A stretch of DNA of 64,000 nt from Bacillota bacterium. Its GTDB lineage: Bacteria; Bacillota; Sulfobacillia; Sulfobacillales; JAIMBI01. This document shows positions 12,230-21,202 of the stretch, piece by piece. Position numbers and translations under genes: made by a program. The notes below the pieces were generated by a model that was given only the letters and a program-made list of their open reading frames with translations, did not search any database and was not told where the DNA came from. The DNA is taken from NCBI GenBank assembly GCA_021797815.1, contig JAJZYZ010000005.1, positions 10,469 to 74,468 of the forward strand, in the 5' to 3' direction. Positions within the stretch are counted from its first letter, which is position 1, and each line of letters starts with the position of its first letter.

Positions 12230-12258
12230 TTGATCTTCGCCCGGGCCGATGCTATAGT
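12230..12258 (+). promoter_or_regulatory. Sigma-A-type promoter for the riboswitch-RLP operon
   Basis: TTGATC, 17 nt, TATAGT with an upstream TG (extended -10). Lies about 25 nt before the riboswitch P1 stem. Confidence 0.5.
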
Positions 12259-12283
12259 GACCGCAACTTCATAGCGCTTCCAC

Positions 12284-12434
12284 CTTTATCAAGACAGGCA
12301 GAGGGATCGGCCCGATGATGCCTGGGCAACCGGCGCACGACGCGTGCGGTGCCAATTCCGACGGCGAGGACGCCGACAGATGAGGGGGGAACCGGAGCCC
12401 TGCGCGCTGCGGCCCTCCTGGGGCCGCTTTTTTC
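12284..12434 (+). promoter_or_regulatory. SAM-I (S-box) riboswitch with intrinsic terminator
   Basis: CTTTATCAAGACAGGCAGAGGGATCGGCCCGATGATGCCTGGGCAACC...GGTGCCAATTCCGAC...AGATGAGG matches the S-box core. It is followed by GCGGCCC-TCCT-GGGCCGC plus TTTTTT (12408-12434). Confidence 0.85.
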
Positions 12435-12457
12435 ATGGACGAAAGGACGTGGGGGTC

Positions 12458-13630
12458 ATGGGGGACGCAAGCCAGCAGACGGGCGAGTTCGAGGCCGTCT
12501 ACCGCGTGCAGGGGAGACGGCCCCTTGACGGGGACGCGGCCAGCAGCACGAAGAGTAAGCCCGCGGGCGCGCTTTCCCCGAAGGATGTCCCGACGCCTCC
12601 CGGCGGTCGGGTGCTGGAAGTTCGCGACGGGGGCGACGGGCTTTACGTGCGGGTGGCCATCCCCTTGCCGGTTCCCGCGGCTCCCGCGGCCATCGCCAAT
12701 CTTCTCCTGGGCTCGTGGACGGCGGGGTCCTGTGTGCGGATCCTGCACGTGGAGCTCCCGACGGGGCCCGCCCGGCATTTGCCCGGGCCGCGGTACGGGG
12801 TGCCGGAGCTCCGCCGGCGCCTTGCAGCCCGGTTCCGCCCCCTCCTCCTCGCTACGATCGCGGAGCCATCCGGAGGGGATCTCGACACGTGGGCCGCCAC
12901 GCTTCGCGCCGAGTGGATGGCTGGCGTCGACATCCTCGTCGAGGCGGGGGACCAGGGCCCTGCCGACTGGTCGCGTACCCAGCGCCGAATCGATCGGGCC
13001 CGACGGGAGGCCGAAGCGTTGGCACGGGATGCGGCTCGGCGGCCGCTCTACGCTGTCCGTCTCGCGGCATCGGGACCCGATTTCGCAGAGCGGGTCCGGC
13101 GTCTTGTCGACGCGGGCGCCGAAGCCCTGACGGTCGGGTGGACCGTAGGAGACCTTGATGCGCTGGCAGCGGTGGCCGCGCGTCCGGGGGGACCGGTGCT
13201 GCTGGCCGGAGCCAGGATCGCCGCACAGTCCTCGGGAGTCCTGGCGCCATCGGTGCTTTTCGGCGAGCTGGCGCGGGCCGCCGGGGCCGACGTTTCGGGA
13301 TACGCGGGTACTGGCCCCGATGGGCAGGCGGCACCGCTGTCGGCGACGGAACAGGCGTCGGTGGGTGCGGCGCTGGCCGCGCCCACAAGCCGGCGTGCCG
13401 CCTGGGCCGCGCCGTCGCTCGGCATTCATCCCGGGGCCCTTCCGACCCTTGTGCGGGAGTTGGGCCCGGACATCGTGGTAGACGCGACGGCCGCGATTCA
13501 GGACCATCCCGGAGGTCCACGGGCGGGCGCAGCCGCGTTTATCCAGGCGTTTGACCGCCTGTCCGGGAGCATCGGCCCGCTTCCGGACGAGCTGGCGCAG
13601 GCGCTCGCGCGCTGGGGGGGCGCGGCGTGA
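12458..13630 (+). CDS. Divergent RuBisCO large-subunit-like protein (type IV RLP-like) lacking canonical active-site residues
   Basis: RuBisCO-like blocks: GPRYGVPELRRRL..RPLLLATI, AGVDILVEAGD (where the family has GG-x-D-x-x-KDDE), PSLGIHPGALP and DHPGGPRAGAAAF. Start at ATG 12458 after AAAGGACGTGGGGG. Confidence 0.75.
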   Translation: MGDASQQTGEFEAVYRVQGRRPLDGDAASSTKSKPAGALSPKDVPTPPGGRVLEVRDGGDGLYVRVAIPLPVPAAPAAIANLLLGSWTAGSCVRILHVELPTGPARHLPGPRYGVPELRRRLAARFRPLLLATIAEPSGGDLDTWAATLRAEWMAGVDILVEAGDQGPADWSRTQRRIDRARREAEALARDAARRPLYAVRLAASGPDFAERVRRLVDAGAEALTVGWTVGDLDALAAVAARPGGPVLLAGARIAAQSSGVLAPSVLFGELARAAGADVSGYAGTGPDGQAAPLSATEQASVGAALAAPTSRRAAWAAPSLGIHPGALPTLVRELGPDIVVDATAAIQDHPGGPRAGAAAFIQAFDRLSGSIGPLPDELAQALARWGGAA

Positions 13631-14856
13631 TGCGAAATGTAGAGCCGGATGGGGAGCCGTCCTCATCCCTCATCGGCGGGTTACGGCTGGCCCGGCGCAT
13701 GGGGGCCCTGCCGGAGCAGTTTTTTTCGACCTTGGTGGCGAAGACCGAGGCCCGCGTCGCGGCGGGGCATGACGTCATCAATCTCGGTCAGGGAAACCCT
13801 ATCGACGAGACCCCGCCGCACATCGTGGACCGCCTCCGATCCATGGCGGGGGAGCTTCGCTACCAGCGCTACGTGCCGTTTTCCGGGCTTTCCGAATTGA
13901 AGGCTTCGGCGGCGCGCTGGTACGCCGCCCGCTACGGCGTCCAGCTTGATCCGGTGCGGGAGATCGCGATCACCATGGGCATGAAGGTTGCACTGCAAGA
14001 GATATCGCTCATGGTGTTGAATCCCGGGGAGGAAGCGCTAGTGGCCGATCCCGGTTATCCCGACTACTGGAGCGGAATCGCGCTGGCCGGTGGGATTCGG
14101 CGTTCGCTTCCGCTTCTGCCCGCCAACGGATTTCAGCCCGCATGGGATGCGGCGCCCGCGTCGCGGCTCGTGTTCTTGAACTATCCGCACAACCCGACCG
14201 GGGCCCTTGCCGGACCGGACACGTTTTCGGGAGCCGTCGCCTACGCCCGCCGCTCCGGAGCGGTCATCGTGCATGACCTCGCCTATGGCGACATCGTATT
14301 TGACGGCCGTCCGGCGACCTCCTTTCTGGCCGAGCCGGGGGCACGGGCCGTGGGCCTCGAGCTTACGTCGTTCTCAAAGTCCTACAACATGGCCGGCTGG
14401 CGGCTCGGTCTCGCGGCCGGCAGCGGCGAGCTCATCGCGGGGCTGGAGACGATCCAGGACCATCTTCATTGCAGCCAGTTCGGCGCCATTCAGCAAGCAG
14501 GCATCGCGGCTTTGGAGAGTCCGTCCGCGGTGGTCGCGGGGCAGGCTCTCCGCTATCAGAGGCGGCGGGACGCCCTTGTCGAGGGACTTCGACAGGCTGG
14601 CTGGGAGGTGGCGCCGCCAGGCGGCGGGATATTCTGCTGGGCGCCGGTACCGGCCGGGGGTGATGCGGTGACGTTCGCGAACTTCCTCCTGGAACGCGCC
14701 GATGTGGTGGTAGCGCCTGGCGTTGGCTTCGGACGGTTCGGCGCGGGATACGTCCGGCTGTCGCTGACGGCCCCGGCCGCGCGGCTTGAAGAGGCGGCCC
14801 GGCGCATCGGCGACGTGCTGCCTGCCTGGCGGGACGGCGGGTCGCCAGACGGATAG
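13627..14856 (+). CDS. Class I/II PLP-dependent aminotransferase (MtnE / LL-DAP-aminotransferase-like)
   Basis: NLGQGNP, YPHNPTG and SFSKSYNMAGWRLG (PLP lysine). The GTG start overlaps the RLP stop (GTGA). An internal start is possible. Confidence 0.88.
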   Translation: MMRNVEPDGEPSSSLIGGLRLARRMGALPEQFFSTLVAKTEARVAAGHDVINLGQGNPIDETPPHIVDRLRSMAGELRYQRYVPFSGLSELKASAARWYAARYGVQLDPVREIAITMGMKVALQEISLMVLNPGEEALVADPGYPDYWSGIALAGGIRRSLPLLPANGFQPAWDAAPASRLVFLNYPHNPTGALAGPDTFSGAVAYARRSGAVIVHDLAYGDIVFDGRPATSFLAEPGARAVGLELTSFSKSYNMAGWRLGLAAGSGELIAGLETIQDHLHCSQFGAIQQAGIAALESPSAVVAGQALRYQRRRDALVEGLRQAGWEVAPPGGGIFCWAPVPAGGDAVTFANFLLERADVVVAPGVGFGRFGAGYVRLSLTAPAARLEEAARRIGDVLPAWRDGGSPDG

Positions 14857-15348
14857 CGGTTCCCGCGGCCGGGCCGTTTCCCGGAGCCCGGCCCGCGCCC
14901 CCAGCGCTCAGAGTCCACCGGGCGGCCTGTGAGTGAGTGCCAGTTCTTGGACTCAGGCATATCGCGGGAGGAAAAGGGGTTGGAACGAGTTGGATCGGGT
15001 TGGAAGGGGAGAGACCCTTCCTCCCAGAGTTCTGGACCTCGACACACCATCCACTGAAGCCGGGACGACGTCCGCGACGGCCCCAAGGTCTTCGGCGCCT
15101 TCATGACCCGCTCGCCCATTACGGTCGCCGACGCTTCTCTAACGTGCATGCCTGGTCGCCCGCGAAGCGAAGAGCGTTCTCGAGATCCATCGGAACGAAC
15201 ACGACCGCCGCGACCGCGGGATCGCCGGAAAGAGAACTCTTCGCGAACCCAGCGACCGGCCGGCTGGGGCCACCGCGCCATCGACGGGCGGACGGCCCGG
15301 GCAGGATTCCCCTTCCCCGACGCGAAGTTCGGCCCGGGAGGAGTCGAT

Positions 15349-15801
15349 TTGGACCTGAACATAGAGGCCGTCATGGCGCGGCTGCCCCATCGCTATCCGT
15401 TCCTGCTTGTAGATCGGGTCATCGAACGCGTCCCGGGGCAGACCGTGCATGCGCTGAAGAATGTCACGGTCAACGAGCCGTTTTTTCAGGGCCACTTTCC
15501 CGGACGTCCCATCATGCCGGGCGTACTCATCCTGGAAGCCATGGCTCAGGCGGCCGGGCTCGCCCTCGATGACCAGGACGGGGCACCGCTTGGCGTTCTC
15601 ACCGGTGTGGACAAGGCCCGCATCCGGCGGATGGTGACGCCCGGCGACCAGCTGCACCTGCACGCCGCTCTCGTGCGTCAGCGGGGGCGCCTTATGCGGG
15701 CAGAGGTGCGGGCCGAGGTGGATGGCCGCCTCGTGGCCGAGGCCGAAATTCTGTTCATGCTGCTCTTGCCCACCGAAATAGCGGGCGACGGTCCGCAATA
15801 G
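15349..15801 (+). CDS. fabZ: 3-hydroxyacyl-ACP dehydratase FabZ
   Basis: LPHRYPFLLVDRV, VTVNEPFFQGHFPGRPIMPGVLILEAMAQ. The ORF-track start at 15103 adds a non-protein-like extension. TTG 15349 lies 7 nt after GGGAGGAG. Confidence 0.9.
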   Translation: MDLNIEAVMARLPHRYPFLLVDRVIERVPGQTVHALKNVTVNEPFFQGHFPGRPIMPGVLILEAMAQAAGLALDDQDGAPLGVLTGVDKARIRRMVTPGDQLHLHAALVRQRGRLMRAEVRAEVDGRLVAEAEILFMLLLPTEIAGDGPQ

Positions 15802-15908
15802 GCGCCGCCGGGTCACATACCGCAGTGCACGGTGCGCGCGCGGTCGCTTCGGTAAAGTAATTGTCCTCACGCTAAAAGTTCGCATGGTCATTCCGTTGAC
15901 GATGACGG

Positions 15909-15914
15909 TATAAT
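15909..15914 (+). promoter_or_regulatory. Candidate -10 element (TATAAT) for marR-MFS
   Basis: Perfect TATAAT in a local AT-rich patch 38 nt upstream of the marR ATG. No good -35 was seen. Confidence 0.3.
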
Positions 15915-15951
15915 TGCCCATGTGTAAACGGTCTTTCGGAAGGGGCTGGCC

Positions 15952-16407
15952 ATGACGGACTCGATCATCGCCGACGACGCGCGTGAGGCGGTCGGCGCAT
16001 TCCTGCGCATCGCCGCGCTGGTGGAGACGATGAGCGGTGAGTTGTGGCGGTCCCATCAGCTGACCCTGACCCAGGCCCGCCTCCTGCGCGTGATCCAGGA
16101 GCGGCCCGTGGCGGCGGGACGCCTGGCGGGAAAGCTTGGCCTGTCGGCCGCTTCGTTGACGCGGGTGCTGGAGCGCCTCGAGGAACGGGGGCTTCTGGAG
16201 CGGCAGGTGGATCGGTCAGACCGCCGCCGGGTGACGGTCTCCATCACGGCCGGCGGCCGCGATACGGTGGGCGGGCTGAAGTTCTGGATGGCCTCGCCCA
16301 TTACCGCGGCCATCCAGAAGATGGGCGACGAAGACCGCAGGCAGTTTACGGAGATTCTGGACCGATTTCTAGCGGACGTGCAGGCCTACCAGGGAGGGAC
16401 CCACTGA
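15952..16407 (+). CDS. MarR-family transcriptional regulator
   Basis: 151 aa. Winged-HTH pattern LTLTQARLLRVIQERPVAAGRLAGKLGLSAASLTRVLERLEERGLLERQVDRSDRRRV. Confidence 0.88.
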   Translation: MTDSIIADDAREAVGAFLRIAALVETMSGELWRSHQLTLTQARLLRVIQERPVAAGRLAGKLGLSAASLTRVLERLEERGLLERQVDRSDRRRVTVSITAGGRDTVGGLKFWMASPITAAIQKMGDEDRRQFTEILDRFLADVQAYQGGTH

Positions 16408-16408
16408 C

Positions 16409-18331
16409 ATGACGGCTTCCAGCCCCACGGCCGGACCACGCCGGTTTGGCCACATTCCTTACAAATGGATCGCCCTGTCCAACACCACGCTCGGGGTGCT
16501 GATGGCCACGATCAACGGATCCATTCTGATCATCTCGCTGCCGGCTATCTTCCGGGGCCTCCAAGTGGATCCCCTGGCGGTAAATCAGACCGGCCTGTTG
16601 CTGTGGGTGCTGCTCGGCTTCAATGTGGCCACGACGATATTCCTGGTCACATTTGGCCGCATTTCTGACCAGTACGGCCGGGTCAAACTGTACAATCTCG
16701 GGTTTGCCGTCTTCACGGTCGGGTCGATCCTGTCGTTCCTCACGTGGGGACATGGACTCGCCGGCGAGTGGCAGCTCATCATCTTCCGGTTCATTCAGGG
16801 CATCGGCGGAGCGTTCTTGTTCGCCAACAGCGCGGCCATCCTGACCGACGCCTTTCCACCCAATGAAAGGGGTCTCGCGCTCGGGTTGAATCAGGTGGCG
16901 GCTATCGGCGGCGCCGTGATTGGCCTCGTGCTGGGCGGGCTTCTGTCGGCGTTGGACTGGCGCATGGTGTTCCTGGTGAGCGTGCCGGTGGGGCTTGTAG
17001 GCACCGTGTGGGCGTATGTTGCCCTGCATGAGCTGCAAACGCCGCCGGTGGAGCATCGCATCGATCTGCTTGGCAATCTCACGTTTGGGATCGGGATTCT
17101 CGCGGTGCTGGTCGGACTCACCTACGGCATCATCCCGTTCCACGCGCACACCATGGGCTGGAGCAGCCCGTTTGTCCTCAGTTCCTTGATAGGCGGCGGC
17201 GTGCTCCTGGTGGCCGCGGTGTTTGTAGAGAGCCGGGTGGCTGACCCCATGTTTCCCCTGAGTCTGTTCCGCAGCCGGCCGTTTGCGGCCGGCAATCTGG
17301 CAGGCCTCCTGGCGTCAATCGCCCGGGGTGGTCTTATGTTTATGGTCATTATCTGGCTGCAGGGCATCTGGCTTCCCCTGCACGGCGTGAGCTATGCCCA
17401 TACGCCGCTGCAGGCAGGCATCGACACGCTGCCGCAAATGGTGGGTTTCTTCATCGCGGGACCGCTGTCGGGCCGGCTGTCGGACCGCTTTGGGGCTCGT
17501 TGGTTTGGGTTTGTGGGCATGGTGGTGAGCGCGCTCGGCTTCTTCTTGCTGCAGACGCTGCCGAGCGACTTCCACTACTGGACGTTCGCGTTCGACCTGT
17601 TCATGGTGGGCCTCGGCATGGGCATCTTCGCGGCGCCTAACTCGACGGCGATTATGAATTCGGTGCCGGCGCGCCACCGCGGGGTGGCCTCGGGCATGCG
17701 CTCCACGCTGCAGAACGCGGGCATGATGATGAGCATGGGCATCTTCTTCACCATGGTCATCACGAGCCTGGCCGGCACCCTGCCGACACGGATGGCACAG
17801 GGTCTCTCGGGATTCGGCCTGCCGCTGCGGCTCGTGTCGGCAATCGCCCATCTGCCGCCGACGGAGACGCTGTTTGCGGCGCTCCTCGGGTACAACCCGA
17901 TGGCGCACCTCATTCCTCCGCAGGTGATGGGACACCTGCCGCCAGGCACGGTCCACCGGCTTTTGGGCGAGAGCTTCTTCCCGCACCTCATCTCGGCGCC
18001 GTTCCAGACGGCTCTGGACACCGTGTTCATTTTCTCGATGGTGCTGTCCCTGATCTCCGCTGTGGCCTCTCTTCTGCGCGGGCGGCGCTTCATCTACGAT
18101 GAGGAGGAGACGTCGCCGGAGCTGAGAGAGACTCCCCAGAATATGCTGGCGCTGGCCGTTATGGGAGCCTGGAACGCCCGCAGCGGCACTCGCCCGGACG
18201 CTCCTCGAGCGGATCGCGAAGCCCTTGAGCGTGCGCTGAGCCTCTTGGCGATCGTGCTGAGAGAAGGCAGGGCCGGTCATGTCGGGGACGGCGAGGCACC
18301 GACGGGAACCGATCCCCTTACCGTAAAATAG
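16409..18331 (+). CDS. MFS transporter, DHA2/EmrB-like (14-TMS type)
   Basis: Many TM segments. MFS motif A-like GRISDQYGRVK. Motif C-like FRFIQGIGGAFLFANSAAIL. Start 1 nt after the marR stop. Confidence 0.9.
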   Translation: MTASSPTAGPRRFGHIPYKWIALSNTTLGVLMATINGSILIISLPAIFRGLQVDPLAVNQTGLLLWVLLGFNVATTIFLVTFGRISDQYGRVKLYNLGFAVFTVGSILSFLTWGHGLAGEWQLIIFRFIQGIGGAFLFANSAAILTDAFPPNERGLALGLNQVAAIGGAVIGLVLGGLLSALDWRMVFLVSVPVGLVGTVWAYVALHELQTPPVEHRIDLLGNLTFGIGILAVLVGLTYGIIPFHAHTMGWSSPFVLSSLIGGGVLLVAAVFVESRVADPMFPLSLFRSRPFAAGNLAGLLASIARGGLMFMVIIWLQGIWLPLHGVSYAHTPLQAGIDTLPQMVGFFIAGPLSGRLSDRFGARWFGFVGMVVSALGFFLLQTLPSDFHYWTFAFDLFMVGLGMGIFAAPNSTAIMNSVPARHRGVASGMRSTLQNAGMMMSMGIFFTMVITSLAGTLPTRMAQGLSGFGLPLRLVSAIAHLPPTETLFAALLGYNPMAHLIPPQVMGHLPPGTVHRLLGESFFPHLISAPFQTALDTVFIFSMVLSLISAVASLLRGRRFIYDEEETSPELRETPQNMLALAVMGAWNARSGTRPDAPRADREALERALSLLAIVLREGRAGHVGDGEAPTGTDPLTVK

Positions 18332-18360
18332 CGTCCCCTCGGGCGCTGGAGGAGGCGGCG

Positions 18361-18756
18361 ATGATGTCGAAGTATCTGTGGCCGATCACCACGATGGGAC
18401 TCGTGCTGCTGATGGGAGTGGCCCTTCTGACCGCGCCGTTCGGTCTGCACTTCTATGTTTCGGGCCACCATTGGAATCACGCGACCTACTGGACCTTCTG
18501 GACCGGCGTGGGCGTGGTCGTGGTGGCAGCCGTCGGCCTCTACGGCTGGATCACCGGGATAGGCGAAGAAGGACGCCGCATCCTGCCGCCCCGGGCCGAG
18601 GCTGAGGCGACTTCCCAGGATGCACGGGCGGACGCCGGCGGCGCCGCGGCCATGAACGGGGACGAGGCCCTGCAGCAGCTGGCGCGGGCTGTCCTGCGCG
18701 ATCTTAATCAACGGCTCGGCGACGGCGGGACCGGCGCCGGCATGGGGGGGGCTTGA
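18361..18756 (+). CDS. Hypothetical small membrane protein (2 TM plus charged tail)
   Basis: Two hydrophobic helices followed by a charged tail ending ALQQLARAVLRDLNQRL. Paralogous in layout to the next ORF. Possibly SPW-repeat-like (weak). Confidence 0.55.
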   Translation: MMSKYLWPITTMGLVLLMGVALLTAPFGLHFYVSGHHWNHATYWTFWTGVGVVVVAAVGLYGWITGIGEEGRRILPPRAEAEATSQDARADAGGAAAMNGDEALQQLARAVLRDLNQRLGDGGTGAGMGGA

Positions 18757-18757
18757 C

Positions 18758-19228
18758 ATGCGGACGGGGGTTCTGGCATCCGTAATCCTTTTTCTGGCCG
18801 GCATCTGGATTGCCATCATGCCGGAGGTGGCCGGATTCCACCCTGCATCCGGCAATCCCTGGACCACACCATCACTGGTGGCGGCGGTCCTGGGCGGCGG
18901 TATCGCGATTGCCGCGCTCATCGGGCTCGTCGGCTTCTTCGGCCAGCTGCTGCGGCAGCATGAAGAGATGCTGCGTCAGGCCGCGAAAGCCCGGGAGGCA
19001 GAGGACGAGGCGCGCAAGCGGGCGCAGTCGACCGAGCCTCCCGCCGGCGGCGGTGACGGCGTCCGTGCCCTGTCGGACAGCCGGGAAGCCAGCCTGCGCC
19101 GGCTGTCGCGTGTGGAACGCGCCCAGGAGCGTACCTCCACGCGCCCCGACGACGATGCGCACGAACTTGCGTTGAAAGAACTGGCGGAGACCATCTTGAA
19201 GGACCTTCAGAAGTCTCAGGCCCATTGA
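18758..19228 (+). CDS. Hypothetical small membrane protein (2 TM plus charged tail), paralogue of preceding ORF
   Basis: Same architecture. Tail ends ALKELAETILKDLQKSQ. Start 1 nt after the previous stop. Confidence 0.55.
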   Translation: MRTGVLASVILFLAGIWIAIMPEVAGFHPASGNPWTTPSLVAAVLGGGIAIAALIGLVGFFGQLLRQHEEMLRQAAKAREAEDEARKRAQSTEPPAGGGDGVRALSDSREASLRRLSRVERAQERTSTRPDDDAHELALKELAETILKDLQKSQAH

Positions 19229-19301
19229 CACCGGCAACGGCCGCGCCGGGCGGCGGGAGCTCCCAGGTGAAGCGCTCCCGCCGCCCTGTCACGGCCGGTG
19301 A

Positions 19302-19331
19302 TTGACACCTATTGGCATCCGATGCTACGCT
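19302..19331 (+). promoter_or_regulatory. Sigma-A-type promoter for the metK leader
   Basis: TTGACA (19302-07), 18 nt, TACGCT preceded by TG. Confidence 0.45.
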
Positions 19332-19362
19332 TTTCGCCGATCGCCGGATAAAGAGTCTGGCG

Positions 19363-19509
19363 CCTCATCAAGAGAGGTGGAGGGTTCGGGCCCGATGAAG
19401 CCCGGCAACCGGAGCGTGGCTCACGGTGCTAAACCCCGCACGGCCTGGCCGTGAGGGATGAGAAGAAATGGAAATTTCGCCTCTCCCTGTGTGTGGGAGA
19501 GGTTTTTTT
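19363..19509 (+). promoter_or_regulatory. SAM-I (S-box) riboswitch with intrinsic terminator
   Basis: CCTCATCAAGAGAGGTGGAGGGTTCGGGCCCGATGAAGCCCGGCAACC...GGTGCTAAACCCCGC...GGGATGAGAAG. Terminator CTCTCCC-TGTGTG-TGGGAGAG plus TTTTTTT (19480-19509). Confidence 0.92.
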
Positions 19510-19526
19510 GTGGAGGTGGACGATTG

Positions 19527-20726
19527 ATGGGCGACGGGAAGAACCGGACCCTCTTCACGTCAGAGTCGGTGACCGAGGGCCATCCTGACAAGCTGGCCGA
19601 CCAGATCTCCGATGCGGTGCTGGACAGTCTTTTGGCGCAAGACACCGAGTCTCGGGTAGCGGTTGAGACCCTGGTCACCACCGGACTGGCCCTGGTGGCC
19701 GGTCAGGTATCGAGCGCGGGCTACACCGACATTCCCGGTGTGGTGCGCGAGGTGGTGCGCCGGGTCGGATACACCGACCCGGCCATGGGTGTGGACTGCG
19801 ACACGATGGCGGTCCTGACCAGCATCGACGAGCAGTCGAGTGACATCCGCATTGGCGTGGAGCAGGCAGTGGAGAGCCGGGCGGGAGAGGCGGACGCGCT
19901 GTCCCGGATCGGCGCGGGCGACCAGGGCATGGTGTTCGGCTACGCCTGCGAGGAGACGCCGGAGCTGATGCCGCTTCCCATCTCCCTGGCTCACCGGCTT
20001 TCGCGGCGTCTCGCCGAGGTGCGGAAGTCGGGACGCCTGCCGTTCATCTGGCCCGACGGCAAGACGCAGGTGACGGTGGCGTACGAGGACAGCCGTCCGG
20101 TGGCGGTCACGGCGGTCGTGGTGTCGACCCAGCACGCTCCGTCCGTGAGCCAGGGGGAACTTAAAGATGCGGTGCAGAGCCTGGTGATCGAGCCGGCGCT
20201 GGGCGACTGGTGGGGGAGCCACGTCCGGGTGCTGGTCAATCCCACCGGCCGCTTCGTGGTGGGGGGGCCACACGGCGACACCGGCCTTACTGGCCGCAAG
20301 ATTATCGTCGACACCTACGGCGGGATGGCCCGGCACGGGGGCGGCGCTTACTCCGGCAAGGATCCGACCAAGGTGGACCGCTCCGCCTCCTATGCTGCGC
20401 GCTGGGTGGCAAAGAACCTGGTGGCGGCCGGACTCGCCAGTCGGGCGGAAGTCCAGGTGGCCTACGCCATCGGAGTGGCCCATCCCGTCTCCGTATCGGT
20501 TGACACTTTCAAAACCGGCGCGGTGCCAGACAGCGTCCTTGCCGCCATCGTGGAACGGGTTTTCGACCTCCGTCCGCTGGCCATCATCCGAACGCTGAAG
20601 CTTGACCGGCCCATCTATCTCCCGACGGCCACCTACGGCCACTTTGGCCGCACAGATCTCGACCTGCCCTGGGAGTCGCTCGACCGGGTCGAGGCTCTGA
20701 CGCGGGAGGCGCGCCTCTCCATCTAG
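19527..20726 (+). CDS. metK: S-adenosylmethionine synthetase
   Basis: [52 protein letters not shown]. Start at ATG 19527 downstream of the riboswitch terminator. Confidence 0.97.
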   Translation: MGDGKNRTLFTSESVTEGHPDKLADQISDAVLDSLLAQDTESRVAVETLVTTGLALVAGQVSSAGYTDIPGVVREVVRRVGYTDPAMGVDCDTMAVLTSIDEQSSDIRIGVEQAVESRAGEADALSRIGAGDQGMVFGYACEETPELMPLPISLAHRLSRRLAEVRKSGRLPFIWPDGKTQVTVAYEDSRPVAVTAVVVSTQHAPSVSQGELKDAVQSLVIEPALGDWWGSHVRVLVNPTGRFVVGGPHGDTGLTGRKIIVDTYGGMARHGGGAYSGKDPTKVDRSASYAARWVAKNLVAAGLASRAEVQVAYAIGVAHPVSVSVDTFKTGAVPDSVLAAIVERVFDLRPLAIIRTLKLDRPIYLPTATYGHFGRTDLDLPWESLDRVEALTREARLSI

Positions 20727-21052
20727 ACGACCGGTCCCGCCTGCCCCACGTTGCAATGGCCGGGCGTGTTCTCGCCGTGCCCCGGCCGTCTGGCCGCCGG
20801 TGAGGCACCGGACCGCTCCGGGGGGATCCCGACCGGCCCGTGACCCACGCCCGGCTTCCAACACCGGTTGCACTGGCGAAGGCGGTGGGAGCCAGGTGAA
20901 CCGCGCTCGGAACGGGACGGGTCAGGTCGGTCGCCACGTCGATTGGGGTCGATTCACGCGGTGTGATGGCTGGCGCGTAAATAGTTAACGAAATCCATCT
21001 GATTCTCGATGAAAACTTCATCGCGATACCGCGAAAGCCTAGTAACGACGCC

Positions 21053-21082
21053 TTATCAACAGAGTTATCCACGTTATCCACA
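21053..21082 (+). promoter_or_regulatory. Cluster of three tandem, same-orientation DnaA boxes
   Basis: TTATCAACA (21053-61), TTATCCACG (21065-73) and TTATCCACA (21074-82), against the consensus TTATCCACA. Embedded in an AT-rich island. Confidence 0.55.
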
Positions 21083-21127
21083 GATGAGAACGGGCGACGC
21101 ACACCCGATCCTGTCGGCAAATTGGCA

Positions 21128-21156
21128 TTGCCTCCCAGCTGCCCGCGTGCTATAGT
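21128..21156 (+). promoter_or_regulatory. Sigma-A-type promoter for csp
   Basis: TTGCCT, 17 nt, TATAGT with an upstream TG. Lies 47 nt before the csp ATG. Confidence 0.5.
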
Positions 21157-21202
21157 CAGCGACGGCCCGCTCCCGCGGGCCGCCAGAAGGGAGATTTCCG
21201 GC

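Noticed and set aside
14857-15348. Possible remnant of a CBS-domain gene (MTRSPITVADASL at 15103) in the 490-nt gap before fabZ.
   Set aside because: Only about 13 residues resemble a CBS start, and the rest of every frame is shadow-like. That is not enough to call a pseudogene.
20975-21090. Chromosomal replication origin (oriC), suggested by the DnaA boxes and the AT-rich patch.
   Set aside because: There are only three boxes, and no dnaA, dnaN or rpmH nearby. The flanking genes (metK, csp, hpf, secA) are not an origin context in Bacillota. It is kept only as an extra-origin DnaA-box cluster.
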